From assembly GCA_041666325.1 (NCBI GenBank), contig JBAYHC010000003.1, forward strand, positions 31,102 through 95,101: 64,000 nt of DNA. The letters run 5' to 3'. This DNA comes from Patescibacteria group bacterium. Its GTDB lineage: Bacteria > Patescibacteriota > UBA1384 > XYA2-FULL-43-10 > 1-14-0-10-43-13. A program made the position numbers and the translations under genes. The notes below the pieces were generated by a model that saw only the letters and a program-made list of their open reading frames with translations, did not search any database and was not told where the DNA came from. Positions 48,046 through 58,392 of this stretch are shown piece by piece. Position 1 is the stretch's first letter; every line of letters starts with the position of its first letter.

Positions 48046-48681
48046 TTATATCTTTTTAGCTTGCAAAAAATCTAATGAAACCGGGGTTTCTCGGCCAAAC
48101 ATGCTGACCAGAACCTTAATTTTGCCCCTGCTTTGATCAATTTCCTCAACCTTACCCTCAAAACCCTTGAGCGCCCCATCAGTAATCTTGATCAAATCAC
48201 CCTCACGGAAGTCAATCTTAAATTTGGGCTCTTCTACCCCCATTCGTTTTTTAAGGCGGTCAATCTCTTCCTTGGACATTGGGGTAGGCCGCACTCCAAA
48301 CCCAATAAAACCAGTAACATTGGGAGTGTTTCTAACCACGTACCAAGAGTCATCAGTTACCACCATGTCAACAAGAACATAGCCGGGGAATATTCTTTTT
48401 TCAACAACGCGACGCTTGCCGTTCTTTATTTCGATCTGCTTTTCCTTGGGAACAATCACATCAAAAATTTTGTCATGCATCGACATGGACTCAATTCTCT
48501 GGCGCAGAGATTGTGCTACCTGGTCTTCGTATCCAGCATACGTATGGATAACATACCAGTTACGTTCACCAGATTGCTTCAGAGTCAAGAACTTTTTACT
48601 AGAAATAACTCTTGGGGAGGCACCTTCTTGCTCTTGGCTCTCAATTTTTTCTTCTTCGGCCTTTTCTTTTCTTGATGGCAT
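48046..48681 (-). CDS. nusG: Transcription factor NusG
   Basis: WYVIHTYAGYE, FPGYVLV, VRNTPNVTGF, KOW, MFGRETPV. Confidence 0.97.
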   Translation of the reverse strand: MPSRKEKAEEEKIESQEQEGASPRVISSKKFLTLKQSGERNWYVIHTYAGYEDQVAQSLRQRIESMSMHDKIFDVIVPKEKQIEIKNGKRRVVEKRIFPGYVLVDMVVTDDSWYVVRNTPNVTGFIGFGVRPTPMSKEEIDRLKKRMGVEEPKFKIDFREGDLIKITDGALKGFEGKVEEIDQSRGKIKVLVSMFGRETPVSLDFLQAKKI

Positions 48682-48689
48682 TGTCCCAC

Positions 48690-48781
48690 CTTATTACAAG
48701 ATATTAAGTAATATGATCATGATACAGGGCGTAAAAAGCTTTGCTTATTACAAGATATTAAGTAATGTGATTACGATACAG
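48690..48781. repeat. 38-nt direct repeat x2 between secE and nusG
   Basis: cttattacaagatattaagtaatatgatcatgatacag (48690) versus cttattacaagatattaagtaatgtgattacgatacag (48744). Confidence 0.8.
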
Positions 48782-48977
48782 TTTTGCTCTTCTCAACAAT
48801 GTACTGGATCAAGCTAGACAGACCGTAATCGACCAGCGCAGTGATCGCGGTCGCAGCAACAATCGAAGCAACAACGATAATTGTGTGATAAATCACTTCC
48901 TGCCGCGAGGGCCACTTGACCTTCTTGAGCTCAGACCATGAATCAGCAACATAATTTATCAGAAAATTACTTTTCAT
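48771..48977 (-). CDS. secE: Preprotein translocase subunit SecE
   Basis: ELKKVKWPSRQE + single TM; upstream of nusG. Confidence 0.93.
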   Translation of the reverse strand: MKSNFLINYVADSWSELKKVKWPSRQEVIYHTIIVVASIVAATAITALVDYGLSSLIQYIVEKSKTVS

Positions 48978-49290
48978 TTGTTTTAATTTCCAAAACTTTT
49001 ATTTTAGTGTAGTTTTGGCGATGACCTAGGTCACGTTTGTAGCGCTTTTTAGCCGCGAATTTGAAAACACGGACTTTGTCACCATGAACCTCGGAGAGGA
49101 TCTCGGTCTTGACTGAGGCGCCAGGAACTGTTGGGGTACCAATTAAGATATCCTTGTCATCGGAGACAAGCAAAACGTCAGCAAAATCAAGTGTTTTCTT
49201 GCCGTCTTCTCCATCAACCAGGTCGATTAAGTATTCTTTGCCTGGCTCCAACTTGTACTGATTGCCCTTGTGGGAAATTACTGCAAACAT
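48967..49290 (-). CDS. rplU: 50S ribosomal protein L21
   Basis: MFAVI..KGNQYK, GTPTVPGA, KKRYKRDLGHRQNYT. Confidence 0.95.
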   Translation of the reverse strand: MFAVISHKGNQYKLEPGKEYLIDLVDGEDGKKTLDFADVLLVSDDKDILIGTPTVPGASVKTEILSEVHGDKVRVFKFAAKKRYKRDLGHRQNYTKIKVLEIKTNEK

Positions 49291-49458
49291 ATGTTCTCCA
49301 AACTAAAAAAGACCGGGGGTCTAACTTGATCTAATTCTATCAAAGATAGAGAAATTGTCAAGTGGCTTTACAATATTAAAGATGAAAGCAAGCCTAAATT
49401 AAAGATATTATCACATCAACCGCACGCCAAGGAAGCAGTCAACGACTTGGCCTTTCAG

Positions 49459-50574
49459 TTAAAAAGAGATTTTCTTGTGTCTTATGAAAATGCTCTGAGT
49501 GAGACCAAGTAACGCAAGAGAGACTATCAGAGACGATCCACCGTAGCTCAAGAACGGAAGCGGTATTCCGGTCACCGGAACAAGCCCAGCATTCATACCA
49601 ACGTTAACAAACGCCTGGAACATGAGCATCGCCGCAACTCCAAAACAAACCAACATGCCAAAATTATCTTGTGCAAGAGAGGCAATACTTATTAGTTTCC
49701 AAATCAGATACGTATACAAAAGCAAAAAAACGGCAGAGCCCATGAAACCAAATGATTCTGCGATCCCGGCAAAAATAAAATCTGTGTGGGGCTCGGGCAA
49801 AAATCTGAGCTGGCTCTGTGTTCCATGCCCGAGACCTTTGCCGAATATACCCCCGGAGCCAATAGTAATCTGGGCCTGGCGGACATTATAGCCATGACCG
49901 TATGGGTCGGTCGTTGGAGAAACGAAAGTCATAATTCTATTTCTCTGGTAGTCCTTCAGTATGTTTTGGAAGGGGGGAACAGCAAAAGCCGAGACAAATA
50001 ACACTGCGATACTACCAACGATGAGCGCCAATATAGTAATGTTTTGGGTCCTTGTTGGGCGAGACAAAAAAACAAGAGTAAAATAGATGAAAATTATTAC
50101 CGAAACCGTACCAAGGTCAGGCTCTCTCAATATTAAGGCAAGTGAGGGCAAAATAATCAACAACGACACAAGCAGATCGCGCCAACGAATATTGCCAATT
50201 TTGCCAGAAAAAAAAGATGAAAGAGTCAGTATGATGGCTGCTTTGCTTACTTCTGAGGGCTGAAGCTGCATAGGTCCAATTATCAGCCAGTTTCTAGCCC
50301 CGCCCGCCTCTTTCCCAAACAAATCAACCAAAACCAGTAGAATGATACTAATTATGTAGAAAATCCAACTTGTGCCTCGAAATAAGCGGTAATCCGAGAA
50401 TGCCGCAACCATCATAGCCAGAAGGCCAATCACCGCCGACAACCCTTGTCTTGATGCGAGCTCTGATTGATTAGTATTGAAAACTAGACTGTAAATAACA
50501 GCTATGCTCGTAAAGACAAACAAGAGCGGCACCAAGAAGAGGACTATATCGAATGTCTTAATCTTCGTTCCCAT
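49459..50574 (-). CDS. rodA: SEDS family rod shape-determining protein RodA
   Basis: GGARNW, LQPSE, EPDLGT, IGSGG, FLPEPHTDFIF, TGIPLPFLSYGGSS. Confidence 0.9.
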   Translation of the reverse strand: MGTKIKTFDIVLFLVPLLFVFTSIAVIYSLVFNTNQSELASRQGLSAVIGLLAMMVAAFSDYRLFRGTSWIFYIISIILLVLVDLFGKEAGGARNWLIIGPMQLQPSEVSKAAIILTLSSFFSGKIGNIRWRDLLVSLLIILPSLALILREPDLGTVSVIIFIYFTLVFLSRPTRTQNITILALIVGSIAVLFVSAFAVPPFQNILKDYQRNRIMTFVSPTTDPYGHGYNVRQAQITIGSGGIFGKGLGHGTQSQLRFLPEPHTDFIFAGIAESFGFMGSAVFLLLYTYLIWKLISIASLAQDNFGMLVCFGVAAMLMFQAFVNVGMNAGLVPVTGIPLPFLSYGGSSLIVSLALLGLTQSIFIRHKKISF

Positions 50575-53509
50575 GGTCTCTCCTGATCCCGACCCAAATT
50601 TTTCCCTCAGGCAGATCATACTCCTCATCAAGCTCAGCCTCTTCCTTCTGTTTGTGCATTGATTTGGCTAGAACTTCTTTTGAGATTAAATCTTTGGTCT
50701 GCTCGATTGATTGTTCTAATCCTTTTGAGTCGGTTTGATACGAAATATAAATACGATCATTGATCTTAAAGTCAGCCTTCTTGCGCAAGGCCTGAATGCT
50801 TCTGATCAAATCACGAGCAACACCTTCAGCCTTAAGCTCTGGAGTGATTGTGAAATCCAAGGCAACACTAGATGCACCTGCTTCACCGCCTTCCAGGTAG
50901 CTGACTGCCTTAATATTAACTTCATCGGCAATTATTTCCTCAAGCTGAGAGTCCAGTTTGACACCAGAATATTTCAACAGCGCCAATGGCTGACGAACCT
51001 TGACCTTCTCGGCTGACCGAAGCGAGAGACCCGCCTCAACAATCTTTCTGGCCTCAGCCATCTTAAGGTTAAGAGGTTCGTTGATCATACCTTCGTCTGC
51101 ACTAGGATAATCGGCCAAGTGAACAGATTCTTCGCCCGTCAAATTCTTGTAAATCTCTTCGGCAAGAAATGGCGTGAATGGAGCGATCAATTTTGCCAAG
51201 GTAACCAGAATTTCATACAATGTATGATAAGCCTGTTCTTTGTCTTCATCGCTTTCGCTCTTCCAAAACCTCTTGCGTGATCGTCGTATATACCAGTTTG
51301 AAAGATTATCGATGAATGACGGAAACAGCCTCGTTGTTGCGGTCAAATTATACTCCTCCATTCCCTTGTTCACGTTTTTTATGAGGGTATGCAGCTCGGA
51401 CAAAATCCATTGATCCAACACATTATTTGGCTCTTCCGTTCTTTGGCTCTTCCGTTCTTTGGCTGGTTCCCACTTATCAATATTGGCATATAGAACAAAG
51501 AAAGAATACGAGTTCCACATCATGCGAAACATCCCGCGGGAAAATTCAGCCATATCGGATTCGGAAAAATTAAGATTCTCCGCCTGCATCACTGGTGAGC
51601 TCAAAAGATAGAAACGTATGACATCAGCACCGTACTTGTCGAACATCTCGGCTGGATCCGGGTAATTTTGCAAACGCTTGGACATCTTTTTGCCATCCTC
51701 AGCCAGAACGATTCCATTAACAATTACATGCTTGAAAGCGATGCTTTTCTTGAGCGCCGTTGCCAATACATGTAGATAATAGAACCAGGCTCGAGTTTGA
51801 TCTTGACCCTCTGCGATGAAATGTGCCGGAAATCTCTCGTTAAACTTCTCCTCATTTTCGAAGGGGTAGTGCAACTCTGCGTATGGCATGGATCCCGAAT
51901 CGAACCAGGTATCCAAAACATCGGGAATACGTAACGCCTTGCTTTTGCATTTAGGACAAGGGAATGCAATCTTATCAACAACATCCTTGTGAAGATCTAC
52001 CACCTTCTGTCCACTCAGCTGCTCAAGCTCAGCAACAGATCCCAGAACGATTAGCTCGCCACACTCTTCACAGCGCCAGATTGGGATAACAGACGCCCAA
52101 AAGCGCTGCCGCGAAATTGACCAATCCCTGGCGCCCTCCAGCCACTTACCGAAACGACCTTCCTTGATGTGCTTGGGGGACCAATTAATTTCCTTGGCCA
52201 AATTGATTGCGTCATCTTTGAGAGCCAAAATATCAACAAACCATGACGAGGTAGCATAATTTAAGAGAGGCGTATCACAGCGCCAACAATGCGGATAGCT
52301 GTGCTCAAATTTTGCTTTACTAAATAATTGATTTGTACGATCAAGATATTTGATAATCTCAACATCGGTCTTTTGGTAATCATCGATTGCCTTGACGTGC
52401 ATGCCGGCAAACTCGCCCGCCTCAGGCTTAATGACACCATCCATGCCGACATGCTGAACAAACGGTAGGCACTTTTCTTGGCCCAGCTTCATGTCATCTT
52501 CACCAAAAGCAGGAGCTATGTGAACAACACCTGTCCCCTCTTCCGTCGTGACAAAAGAAGCATCAACAACATGCCAACCGTGTTCCTTGTTCTTCAAGTC
52601 TGGTTGCTTGGCATAATAATCAAATAGTGGCTTATAGCTCAAACCAACAAGATCCGAGCCCTTAAATTCCTCAACAATCTTGTATTCATCGTCACCAAAA
52701 ATGTCTTTCACTCGATTCTGCGCCAAGATAAATTTAACCGGCCTCCCGCTGCCCTGGTCCTTCTTCTCGATTTTAACGTATTTAATCTCTTTCCCGACCG
52801 CCAGGGCCACGTTCCCGATCAGGGTCCATGGCGTCGTTGTCCAGGCCAAAACAGATGTTTCTGGATCATCAGCTAATTTAAATTCAGCAATGACTGATAT
52901 GTCCTTCACCATCTTGTAGCCCTCAGCTACTTCTGATTGAGACAATGTGGTCTCGCAGCGAGGGCAGATGTGCATCGAGCGATAGCCCTCATAGATCAGA
53001 CCCTTATCCCAAAGAGTTTTGAAAACCCACCATACCGATTCCATATACGGTAGATCCATTGTCTTGTATGAATTTTTCATATCGGCCCAACGGCCAAGAC
53101 GTCGGATAGCCTTTTCCCACTCGCCGACATACCCCAACACCTTTGATCGACAAACAGCGTTGAACTTATCAACACCCATCTCTTCGATTTCTTTTTTATG
53201 AGTAATACCAAGTTCCTTCTCAGCGATATTTTCGATCGGCAAACCATGGCAATCCCAGCCCCATTTCCGGTCAACTCTGTATCCTCGCATTGTCCAGTAG
53301 CGAGGCACAACATCCTTCATCGTGCTGGCAACAATGTGCCCATAGTGAGGTGTTCCTGTGGCAAATGGAGGGCCATCAAAGAAGCTGTAGGCAGGAGAAT
53401 CCTCTCGCTGCTCAATTGATTTTTGGAATGTTTTGTTTTCATCCCAAAAATCGAGAATTCTCTCTTCTATCTCTGGCAGGTTCATTTTTGAGTCAACTTC
53501 TTTAAACAT
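50558..53509 (-). CDS. ileS: Isoleucyl-tRNA synthetase (type 2)
   Basis: DGPPFATGTPHYGH, GWDCHGLP, WTTTPWTL, DWSISRQRFW, KMSKR. Confidence 0.97.
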   Translation of the reverse strand: MFKEVDSKMNLPEIEERILDFWDENKTFQKSIEQREDSPAYSFFDGPPFATGTPHYGHIVASTMKDVVPRYWTMRGYRVDRKWGWDCHGLPIENIAEKELGITHKKEIEEMGVDKFNAVCRSKVLGYVGEWEKAIRRLGRWADMKNSYKTMDLPYMESVWWVFKTLWDKGLIYEGYRSMHICPRCETTLSQSEVAEGYKMVKDISVIAEFKLADDPETSVLAWTTTPWTLIGNVALAVGKEIKYVKIEKKDQGSGRPVKFILAQNRVKDIFGDDEYKIVEEFKGSDLVGLSYKPLFDYYAKQPDLKNKEHGWHVVDASFVTTEEGTGVVHIAPAFGEDDMKLGQEKCLPFVQHVGMDGVIKPEAGEFAGMHVKAIDDYQKTDVEIIKYLDRTNQLFSKAKFEHSYPHCWRCDTPLLNYATSSWFVDILALKDDAINLAKEINWSPKHIKEGRFGKWLEGARDWSISRQRFWASVIPIWRCEECGELIVLGSVAELEQLSGQKVVDLHKDVVDKIAFPCPKCKSKALRIPDVLDTWFDSGSMPYAELHYPFENEEKFNERFPAHFIAEGQDQTRAWFYYLHVLATALKKSIAFKHVIVNGIVLAEDGKKMSKRLQNYPDPAEMFDKYGADVIRFYLLSSPVMQAENLNFSESDMAEFSRGMFRMMWNSYSFFVLYANIDKWEPAKERKSQRTEEPNNVLDQWILSELHTLIKNVNKGMEEYNLTATTRLFPSFIDNLSNWYIRRSRKRFWKSESDEDKEQAYHTLYEILVTLAKLIAPFTPFLAEEIYKNLTGEESVHLADYPSADEGMINEPLNLKMAEARKIVEAGLSLRSAEKVKVRQPLALLKYSGVKLDSQLEEIIADEVNIKAVSYLEGGEAGASSVALDFTITPELKAEGVARDLIRSIQALRKKADFKINDRIYISYQTDSKGLEQSIEQTKDLISKEVLAKSMHKQKEEAELDEEYDLPEGKIWVGIRRDHGNED

Positions 53510-53571
53510 GGTATTCCCCATTTATTAGGTAAACAAAAAAAGAGGCCATTTTATGATTAATTATACAAGAA

Positions 53572-53799
53572 TTAGCCCTCTATTTCAATCACTTTTTGTC
53601 TGGACTTCAAGCCTGACACAATCGTGACAGCACACTTGGGAACATTGAAATGCTTGGAGAGCAACGAGACAACCTGTTTGTTCGCTTCGCCCTCGACAGG
53701 CTTTCCCCTGACCCAAACTTTCATATCACCCTCGAGACCTGCCTGAATTTGCTCAATCTTTGCCCCTGGGATAACTTTGATATTTATTCGCAAACTCAT
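53572..53799 (-). CDS. DUF167 (YggU/UPF0235) family protein
   Basis: IKVIPGAK...KPVEGEANKQ...SGLKSRQKVIEI. Confidence 0.88.
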   Translation of the reverse strand: MSLRINIKVIPGAKIEQIQAGLEGDMKVWVRGKPVEGEANKQVVSLLSKHFNVPKCAVTIVSGLKSRQKVIEIEG

Positions 53800-54239
53800 T
53801 TTGTTGACTTTGCCACCTCGTCCAAAGCTTCGTTCACCAACCTATCTGCCAACTTGTTCTGCTCCCTTGGAACATGTACAAACTTAACGTTAAGTTTGAA
53901 ATTCTTCGATAGCTCGGCTATTTGCGCAAATAGCTCCTTCAGATGGTCCTGCTTAACTTTGTAATTACCCGAGACTTGCTCAACAACAAGTTGACTGTCG
54001 AGCCGACATATAACTTCGCCGCCGTTTCCATTGTTAGTTAAAAACCACTTGCTCTTAGTCAGTATTTCAAAAGCACGAATGAGCGCCACGTATTCTGCTT
54101 CATTATTCGTCTTTTCGCCAATATATTCTTTATGGTCATGGATCACGTTCTCATCTGAATCCAAAAAAACTATGCCTATCGCTGCCGGACCTGGATTACC
54201 GCGAGATCCACCATCTGTATTTATATAAATCTTGCTCAT
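53796..54239 (-). CDS. rnhA: Ribonuclease HI
   Basis: TDGGSRGNPGPAAIG, TNNEAEY, DSQLVV, HVPREQNKLAD. Confidence 0.93.
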   Translation of the reverse strand: MSKIYINTDGGSRGNPGPAAIGIVFLDSDENVIHDHKEYIGEKTNNEAEYVALIRAFEILTKSKWFLTNNGNGGEVICRLDSQLVVEQVSGNYKVKQDHLKELFAQIAELSKNFKLNVKFVHVPREQNKLADRLVNEALDEVAKSTK

Positions 54240-55231
54240 CAAACACCTATCCCTATCCTGCCCTTAACATCCTCGAGCGTTCGTTGAGCCAATGGAGCAA
54301 CCCGCTCCGACCCCCTGGCGAGTATTTCAGACAAGCCACTATAATCCTCGATATATTTAAAGTACCGAATCTGTATTGGCCTCAAAAATTCAATAACAGA
54401 CTCTGCTAAGGCCTCCTTGAAAACGCCATACCCTTTGCCAGAAAAATCTTGTTCAATGTCTCTAACTGATTTTCCGCTAACCTCACTGAAGATGTTGAGA
54501 AGATTAGCAATGGCCGGCCTGCCTTGGACCGATTCGATTTCGCTACCTGAATCAGTCACGGCCCGCTTGATCTTTTGGCGTATCGTATCTGGCTCGTCAG
54601 TCAGAGCAATATAGTTGTTGGCAGAAGCAGCAGATTTACTCATCTTTTTGGTCGGATCATCAAGACCCATAATACGAGCACTCTCCTTCTTGATGATAGC
54701 CTCCGGCACTGCGAAGGTCTGTCCATATCGATTATTGAATCTAATGGCAAGATCACGAGTTAGCTCAACATGCTGTTTCTGGTCCTCGCCGACTGGAACA
54801 TGGGTTGTCTGGTAGAGCAAAATATCAGCAGCCATAAGAACTGGATAATCGAAAAGGCCAACGCCAATATTCTCATCGGCGCTCCCCCGAGACTTATCCT
54901 TAAATTGTGTCATGCGCGAAAGTTCGCCGATGCGTGTATGACAATTTAGTATCCATGCAAGTTCGGTATGCTCTGGGCGAGTTGACTGAACAAAGATTGA
55001 AGACTTATTTGGGTCTATGCCAGCCGCCAAGTAAATAGCGGCAACGCCCAATATATTCTTCTTAAGCTCAAGGGGCTCCTGCGGCACCGTGATAGCGTGA
55101 AGATCAACAACACAAAATATGGCCTCATCGACTTCATCTTGCAGTTCTACCCACTGCTTAATAGCACCAAGGTAGTTGCCCAAGTGCAAAACTCCGCTTG
55201 GTTGAATACCAGAAAAAATTCGCTTACTCAT
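54239..55231 (-). CDS. trpS: Tryptophanyl-tRNA synthetase
   Basis: SGIQPSG, HLGNYLG, YPVLMAADILLY, KMSKS. Confidence 0.97.
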   Translation of the reverse strand: MSKRIFSGIQPSGVLHLGNYLGAIKQWVELQDEVDEAIFCVVDLHAITVPQEPLELKKNILGVAAIYLAAGIDPNKSSIFVQSTRPEHTELAWILNCHTRIGELSRMTQFKDKSRGSADENIGVGLFDYPVLMAADILLYQTTHVPVGEDQKQHVELTRDLAIRFNNRYGQTFAVPEAIIKKESARIMGLDDPTKKMSKSAASANNYIALTDEPDTIRQKIKRAVTDSGSEIESVQGRPAIANLLNIFSEVSGKSVRDIEQDFSGKGYGVFKEALAESVIEFLRPIQIRYFKYIEDYSGLSEILARGSERVAPLAQRTLEDVKGRIGIGV

Positions 55232-55289
55232 AGATTTGGTTTCCTATTTACTTTCTCACAGGATAGTCAATTGCTGCAAAAATTTCAAT

Positions 55290-55997
55290 CTACAAGGAAG
55301 AATTAACCTTGTCATAGTTCCTGGAGGTTACAGTTGATTGAATCGTCGACCGCGCTCTTTGATTAGCAGAAACGGAATTATAATCTTTGGTTTCCGAAAT
55401 AATGCTAAAATCAATGAACGGCTGCTGTTTGTTTGCCGACTCATCCCTGGGCGTATAACCATTAAAACCACCTGCTACTGAGTGGCTTGCCTTGGAGATA
55501 ATTTTTGATGAATCAGCCAAAATCGCAGTTATCGTCGTATTCAACTGAGTCCCAACAACAGCGTTATTAATATCTCCAGTGTTGCTACCACTGGAATAGT
55601 ACATAGCACCATTACTTATGACAAATATCCTGTAATTATCTTTTGAAAAAGTGACCAGTGTATTTGCCCCGCCTTCGCGCGGACTATCAGAGTTAATACG
55701 AACACAAACCGATGAGGCACAGGAGAACATCATGACACCGCTGCTGTAGGTGGCGATACTTGGATCAATAACAAGTTTGGTGTCGCCCTTTGCTTCCCGG
55801 ACAGCCCGAGTAATCATATCAGCGATCTCTCTTGCCTCTTGGGCAGTCTGCCTGGACTCAACCGCCTTGTATTGAAACGCGGCTACCTGAGAAATCGTGG
55901 CAAACGTCACCATCGAGACACCGGCAAAAATGGCCGAAGCCAAGAGCACCTCGATGAGAGTAAAGCCACCTTTTTTAATTAGATATTTTCTACTCAT
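55290..55997 (-). CDS. Type IV minor pilin-like protein
   Basis: GFTLIEVLLA prepilin motif. Confidence 0.88.
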   Translation of the reverse strand: MSRKYLIKKGGFTLIEVLLASAIFAGVSMVTFATISQVAAFQYKAVESRQTAQEAREIADMITRAVREAKGDTKLVIDPSIATYSSGVMMFSCASSVCVRINSDSPREGGANTLVTFSKDNYRIFVISNGAMYYSSGSNTGDINNAVVGTQLNTTITAILADSSKIISKASHSVAGGFNGYTPRDESANKQQPFIDFSIISETKDYNSVSANQRARSTIQSTVTSRNYDKVNSSL

Positions 55998-56005
55998 GCG
56001 AATAA

Positions 56006-56554
56006 TTAATAATTTGGACGCCAGTTAGTTAGTATTTCGCTCACAGACACTTCTTTTGTTCCGTCTCTAAACTTCACAACTACGACGACGCGCAAGACGC
56101 TGTCTCCCCGAGCATAATGCGTAAGCGAACCATCAGTTGGAACGAGCGTGCCCATCTGGCTTTCATTTTGAACCTGAATTTCCCGCCTAAACGAGTTTCC
56201 CCCTATGTCGATAATCTCGCCAGCGGAAGTTAAATCGGGCTCAAGTAGATATCGCCCAGAATCCCATCTCAGCTTATAATTCGCAACGTCAACAGTGTGG
56301 AGCTTAGTGTTTCCTGTTAAGCTATCCCAGGAAGTTGTACCGCCATCGATCCAGTTAGTGTCACGGATCTGACGTACAACCTCTATTCCCTGTTGCGCCA
56401 AATAAGCAGCTTGGGTCCTCTCTAGGGCATTCTGATTCGAAGCAAGCGCCACTCTGCCAACAGAAATCAGCGCCCCCAACATCATTGCGGTAATGACAGA
56501 AGCCAGCAATACTTCGATTAAGCCAAAGCCTTTTTTGTGTTTTGCAGTTATCAT
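56006..56554 (-). CDS. Type IV minor pilin-like protein (PilV-like)
   Basis: GFGLIEVLLA; AAYLAQQGIEVVRQIRD. Confidence 0.88.
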   Translation of the reverse strand: MITAKHKKGFGLIEVLLASVITAMMLGALISVGRVALASNQNALERTQAAYLAQQGIEVVRQIRDTNWIDGGTTSWDSLTGNTKLHTVDVANYKLRWDSGRYLLEPDLTSAGEIIDIGGNSFRREIQVQNESQMGTLVPTDGSLTHYARGDSVLRVVVVVKFRDGTKEVSVSEILTNWRPNY

Positions 56555-57078
56555 TCAGATTTTACTATCAAGGGACTAAATAATACTTTAATCGTTTTGC
56601 TGCCTGAGGCTTCGTTATCATAGCGCACAAACTGACTTCCGCCCGCTGTTACAACCGTACCCGACCCATCACGGAACGTACAGCTGGAATCCTTGAACGG
56701 AATATCACAACGAAGATATGCCTTGCCATCAAGTCTGGCCAAGGACTCGTTGCCATCAAGAATAATCCTGCCTTTTGGCTCGGTACTAAGGTTGTTGTAG
56801 AGCACCATGGTCTTAAGATCGTCTTCGATAACGAGTCGATAGTACGAAACACCCTGCTCGGGGTTCTTTAGCAGAGAAATTTCCTGATTAATCAATGACT
56901 CAATCTCCTCTACCCTATTATTGAAAGTAATCCTGTCGCCAAAAGTACTAACTTTTGGAATAACCGTCGCAGCCAAAATCATCATCACGCTCACGGTGAT
57001 GAGAAGCTCTATCAAGGTAAAGCCGCGAAACCTGAAATAGGAATGATTGTTGTTCATTGGTATTAAACTTTTTCTCAA
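56551..57078 (-). CDS. Type IV pilin-like protein
   Basis: GFTLIELLIT; start uncertain (57078 TTG or 57057 ATG). Confidence 0.85.
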   Translation of the reverse strand: MRKSLIPMNNNHSYFRFRGFTLIELLITVSVMMILAATVIPKVSTFGDRITFNNRVEEIESLINQEISLLKNPEQGVSYYRLVIEDDLKTMVLYNNLSTEPKGRIILDGNESLARLDGKAYLRCDIPFKDSSCTFRDGSGTVVTAGGSQFVRYDNEASGSKTIKVLFSPLIVKSE

Positions 57079-57839
57079 AAGGGAAGATAAAGCCTTTGAT
57101 ACCAGAGTAATATGCTTTGCCCAAAAAGAAGGGTGACATAAAGGCCGATAATTAAAAACGGAGCAAATGGTAGTGCATCTTTCATCGTCTTAGTCTGGAG
57201 AGATATGAAAGTCAGCCCAACCACGGAACCAATCAAGAATGATAGAAAAATCCCAATGACGGCGAGTGGATAGCCAAGAGCAACTCCCAATATGAGTCCG
57301 ATCTTAACGTCCCCCGACCCCATCCATTGCTCCCTTGAGACAACAACAAGAAGTGCAAGCAATCCACCGCCAACCAGGCCGCCTAGCAGCATCCGGCTCA
57401 GGCCGAATCCGCCAAAATACCATGACCCTAATACGGCAACCACAAGAGCAGCCCAAACAAATTCCTCCGGTACTGTCAGAGTCTTAATATCACTAACGAA
57501 AACAACGATCAGTAGCAACAAAATAACCGAGTAGAAAACAAAACCGGCAGAAAAACCATAGATCAGAAAGAAGAGTGTGAGCATTAACGCTGTACCCATT
57601 TCAACCAAGGGGTATTGCCAAGAAATCGATTTTTGGCAATAGCGGCAACGTCCGCGAAGTAGTACGAACGATAATACAGGCACCAAGTCTCGCCAAGAAA
57701 GTACATGCTGACAGTTAGGACAATGGGAACGATCCAGGGCAACAGATCCCAAATTGTCAATACGCAGGATTAGTACATTTAAGAAGCTCCCCAGAACCAA
57801 ACCCAAAACAAAAATTAAAATAGCAAAGGTTTCATACAT
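57075..57839 (-). CDS. pilD: Prepilin peptidase / N-methyltransferase
   Basis: GSFLNV, RSHCPNC, GRCRYC, MGSGDVK, LPFAPFL. Confidence 0.93.
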   Translation of the reverse strand: MYETFAILIFVLGLVLGSFLNVLILRIDNLGSVALDRSHCPNCQHVLSWRDLVPVLSFVLLRGRCRYCQKSISWQYPLVEMGTALMLTLFFLIYGFSAGFVFYSVILLLLIVVFVSDIKTLTVPEEFVWAALVVAVLGSWYFGGFGLSRMLLGGLVGGGLLALLVVVSREQWMGSGDVKIGLILGVALGYPLAVIGIFLSFLIGSVVGLTFISLQTKTMKDALPFAPFLIIGLYVTLLFGQSILLWYQRLYLPF

Positions 57840-57929
57840 ATTTCTGCCCTTCTGCCCTATCAAGCATTCATTCTCCCGCCTATTCTGAGGTTAGAATAAC
57901 GGCGGGATTTGAAAGCTCGCGTCAAGCAA

Positions 57930-58367
57930 TTAGTCGTTCTCAACCCGGTAGTTATAACCAGATGGAGCAGCGATGCCAAAACTTGAATTCGCAGCATCAA
58001 CATCTGGATCGTTGGCATTCTCTAGTGTTGCCCATACGGCAAAGTTTTGACCGGTAGCATCAGTCACATACATGTAGTCTGTATCACTAGGATCAGTTGG
58101 AAACGTCTTGATGTAGGTTGCTGCCAAGCCCGTGCTGGCGGCAGTTGCTGCAACTGGCTCAGGATTGACAACGGTGTAAGCATTCGGATCCTGATCATTG
58201 TAGAAAAGATTCAGACCAGTCTTGATCGTATTGAGATCAGACTTTCGTGTAGCATCCCTGGCCCTAGCTCTGGCACCATTGAGGGATACAAGCACCATTG
58301 ATGCAAGTATGCCGATAATGGCGATTACAACTAGGAGCTCAATGAGGGTAAAGCCTTTCTTTCTCAT
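57930..58367 (-). CDS. Type IV pilin
   Basis: GFTLIELLVVIAIIGILA...ARARDATRKSDL. Confidence 0.92.
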   Translation of the reverse strand: MRKKGFTLIELLVVIAIIGILASMVLVSLNGARARARDATRKSDLNTIKTGLNLFYNDQDPNAYTVVNPEPVAATAASTGLAATYIKTFPTDPSDTDYMYVTDATGQNFAVWATLENANDPDVDAANSSFGIAAPSGYNYRVEND

Positions 58368-58392
58368 TCCTCCTCCTACTAATACAAATTAA

